A stretch of 26,287 bases of DNA from an uncultured Ardenticatenaceae bacterium (GTDB lineage Bacteria; Chloroflexota; Anaerolineae; Promineifilales; Promineifilaceae). The notes below the pieces were generated by a model, which was given only the letters and a program-made list of their open reading frames with translations, had not been told where the DNA came from and did not search any database. Position 1 is the first letter of the stretch. Each line of letters starts with the position of its first letter. The DNA is taken from positions 1-26,287 of the forward strand of contig CAZDSN010000002.1 in assembly GCA_964507675.1 (NCBI GenBank). The letters run 5' to 3'. The position numbers and the translations under genes were made by a program. This document shows positions 24,666 to 26,287 of the stretch, one piece after another.

Positions 24666-26078
24666 CTAATCCGCCAGATCGTCGGCCATTTGCAGTTCTT
24701 CTTCAGCCACAGATTCGGCAGGGCGCGGATGGACAACGGTGACGCGGGTGATCCCATGTTGGGTCATGGCTTGCGTGTTATACACGCCTAGCTGGCGGAA
24801 AAGGAAGGCGAATTGATCTTCCAATGCCTGCCCAATGTGTGCCATATCCGCTTCATCCAGGTCCCACATCATCTGCTTTAGCGGACCAATTGCTTTCTTG
24901 CGAGCGGAATAGAGGAACTGCTCTTCTGTCTGGCCTGATTTCCATTCATTCTTGAGGTTGCTCAGCACATAGTTGTAAGCTGTGTCTACAAAATACTGCG
25001 GGGCGTGGTCAAAGAACATGTTTTGAAAATTGGTGGCCAGGTGAATTTCGATGGCGCCAATCTGGGGGAACTTGTTAAAGGCGTTGGCAGGCAGCGTGGA
25101 AGCGCCGTGCTGCACGGCGCCGCCTGTGCCGTATTCGGCGCGAGCCAGGTGGCTCAACTCACGCAGGGTGTCAAAATCAACCTTGACATCGGCCAGAGTG
25201 CCATCGGGCAGGACGACGCCGCCGTGGCTGGTGCCCGTCTGCACGGAGATTTTGGAGATGCCGGCAACGCCTGCCGGCAGCGTGCGCAAATAACCATCCA
25301 TAAAGGCGCGCAGTTCGGCGGGGGTGGAGTTGTGCCCGCCCACTTCGCCGATTTCGCCGCCCAGCGAAATCGTTATCCCCTCAGGCTCAATCTGGCGGGC
25401 GTATTGGGTCAACTCAGCGCAGACGCTGTAGTTGAGCCGCTGTTGTTCATCCAGCGTTTGCGGACCGAGGTCAACCAGCGTGGAGGTGTCAATGTCAATG
25501 TTGTAGAAGCCGGCGGCGACGGCTTCAGTCATCAAATCCTTGACCGCCTGGACTTCCTTGTTCCGGTCGGCAGTGAAATTTTTAGCCGATATCTGGAAAT
25601 GATCCCCCTGGATGAAGACGGGGCCGCGGAAACCTTCGCGCACAGCTGCAGCCAGCACGCAAGACACGTATTCGGCAGGCCGCTGCTCGGTATACCCCAT
25701 TTCTGAGCGGGCTATTTCAAAGATGAATGCGCCTACGCGCAGGGCGTTGGCGGCGCGAAAGACGGCGCGGGAGGTGTAGTAATTGGCGGCGCGCACGTTA
25801 ATGGCGGGCACAGTGAAGTTTGCCGGCAAATCCCCGCGCCCCACCGCCATATAAATCTCATGAATCGAGGCTGGGAAAATGCCCAACGCCTGCGCAATCT
25901 CTCCAATGAGCCAGCGAGCTGTGTCCCGTACCAGTCCTGTACTAAAGACGGCGCTGTACACCAGTCCGTCCATTTTTGCCGGCAGCAGCGCTTCATTGAT
26001 GATGCTTACCTGGCTATCTGTGACGGAAACAACACCCGCCAGATGGTCGGTCAGGTCTTTCACTTTTGTCGCTTTCAT
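24666..26078 (-). CDS. Class II fructose/ketose-bisphosphate aldolase, long form
   Basis: PAINVR, QGDHFQ, GGEIGEVG, QTGTSHGG, VQHGASTL; AGGAGGAG upstream. Confidence 0.88.
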   Translation of the reverse strand: MKATKVKDLTDHLAGVVSVTDSQVSIINEALLPAKMDGLVYSAVFSTGLVRDTARWLIGEIAQALGIFPASIHEIYMAVGRGDLPANFTVPAINVRAANYYTSRAVFRAANALRVGAFIFEIARSEMGYTEQRPAEYVSCVLAAAVREGFRGPVFIQGDHFQISAKNFTADRNKEVQAVKDLMTEAVAAGFYNIDIDTSTLVDLGPQTLDEQQRLNYSVCAELTQYARQIEPEGITISLGGEIGEVGGHNSTPAELRAFMDGYLRTLPAGVAGISKISVQTGTSHGGVVLPDGTLADVKVDFDTLRELSHLARAEYGTGGAVQHGASTLPANAFNKFPQIGAIEIHLATNFQNMFFDHAPQYFVDTAYNYVLSNLKNEWKSGQTEEQFLYSARKKAIGPLKQMMWDLDEADMAHIGQALEDQFAFLFRQLGVYNTQAMTQHGITRVTVVHPRPAESVAEEELQMADDLAD

Positions 26079-26110
26079 GATTTTGCATCTCCTCCTGTAA
26101 AAATGGTCTC

Positions 26111-26192
26111 ACGCGGAGACGCAGAGACGCATATGAAATCGGACATCCCCGTCCGATTCTCCTCAAATCTGCGTAATCTGCGCAATCTGTGA
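26111..26192. repeat. Micro tandem repeats and hairpin upstream of the aldolase
   Basis: ACGC(G/A)GAG x2.5 (26111-26131), hairpin AATCGGAC/GTCCGATT (26137-26158), and AATCTG(C/T)GN x3 (26166-26192). Confidence 0.6.
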
Positions 26193-26215
26193 TTATTTTC
26201 ATCCATTGTAGCGTA

Positions 26216-26248
26216 CCTCACGATGAGGAACCCTCACTGATGAGGAAC
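26216..26248. repeat. Tandem CCTCA-N3/4-TGAGG-AAC inverted-repeat units
   Basis: CCTCA-CGA-TGAGG-AAC followed directly by CCTCA-CTGA-TGAGG-AAC. Confidence 0.5.
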
Positions 26249-26287
26249 TTCTGTCGCTAACTGCTTAAAATGCGAATAGCTTCGTCT

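Noticed and set aside
25005-25706. 233-aa + strand ORF, and similar shadows at 23850-24542 and 12797-13441
   Set aside because: Each lies opposite a well-supported gene and has no domain signal.
26014-26088. Out-of-frame ATG directly after the aldolase SD (24-codon ORF)
   Set aside because: SD spacing is too short for initiation and the peptide has no telling features.
26237-26287. Hammerhead-like CTGATGAG core
   Set aside because: No paired stem II and no GAAA in position; the window ends shortly after.
1-26287. CRISPR array, tRNA, rRNA, transposase or integrase
   Set aside because: No regularly spaced repeat-spacer pattern, cloverleaf or matching ORF was seen.

Overview
A mostly housekeeping bacterial segment. 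Gene content and style suggest Chloroflexota, probably Anaerolineae-like; this is inference, not a database result. It holds about 25 CDS and no rRNA, tRNA, CRISPR array or transposase that I can support. Left end (+): partial HEAT-repeat protein, SpoU/TrmH methylase, dnaN without dnaA, and a DinB-family gene. A long minus-strand block (4362-17001) holds a ChlI/ChlD-like AAA+/vWA locus, a 5-blade propeller gene, aroF, aroH, a PIG-V-like glycosyltransferase, a hydrolase-fold unknown, a solute-binding lipoprotein, a GNAT, a UvrD-like helicase and a DOT1-like methylase. Then come a + strand ppa-crcB-DUF190/CBS operon and a minus block (YprB/MrfB-like nuclease, trpB, Nudix, corA, trpF, long class II aldolase). 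Strongest signals: (1) an A9 run that joins the chlI-like and vWA ORFs by a -1 shift, a candidate programmed frameshift or slippage giving two subunits from one gene; (2) a strong sigma70 promoter of dnaN with a DnaA box on its start site; (3) a fluoride-themed operon with no visible fluoride riboswitch but a structured upstream region; (4) several GTAG-type REP/REPIN and micro-repeat elements in intergenic spaces.
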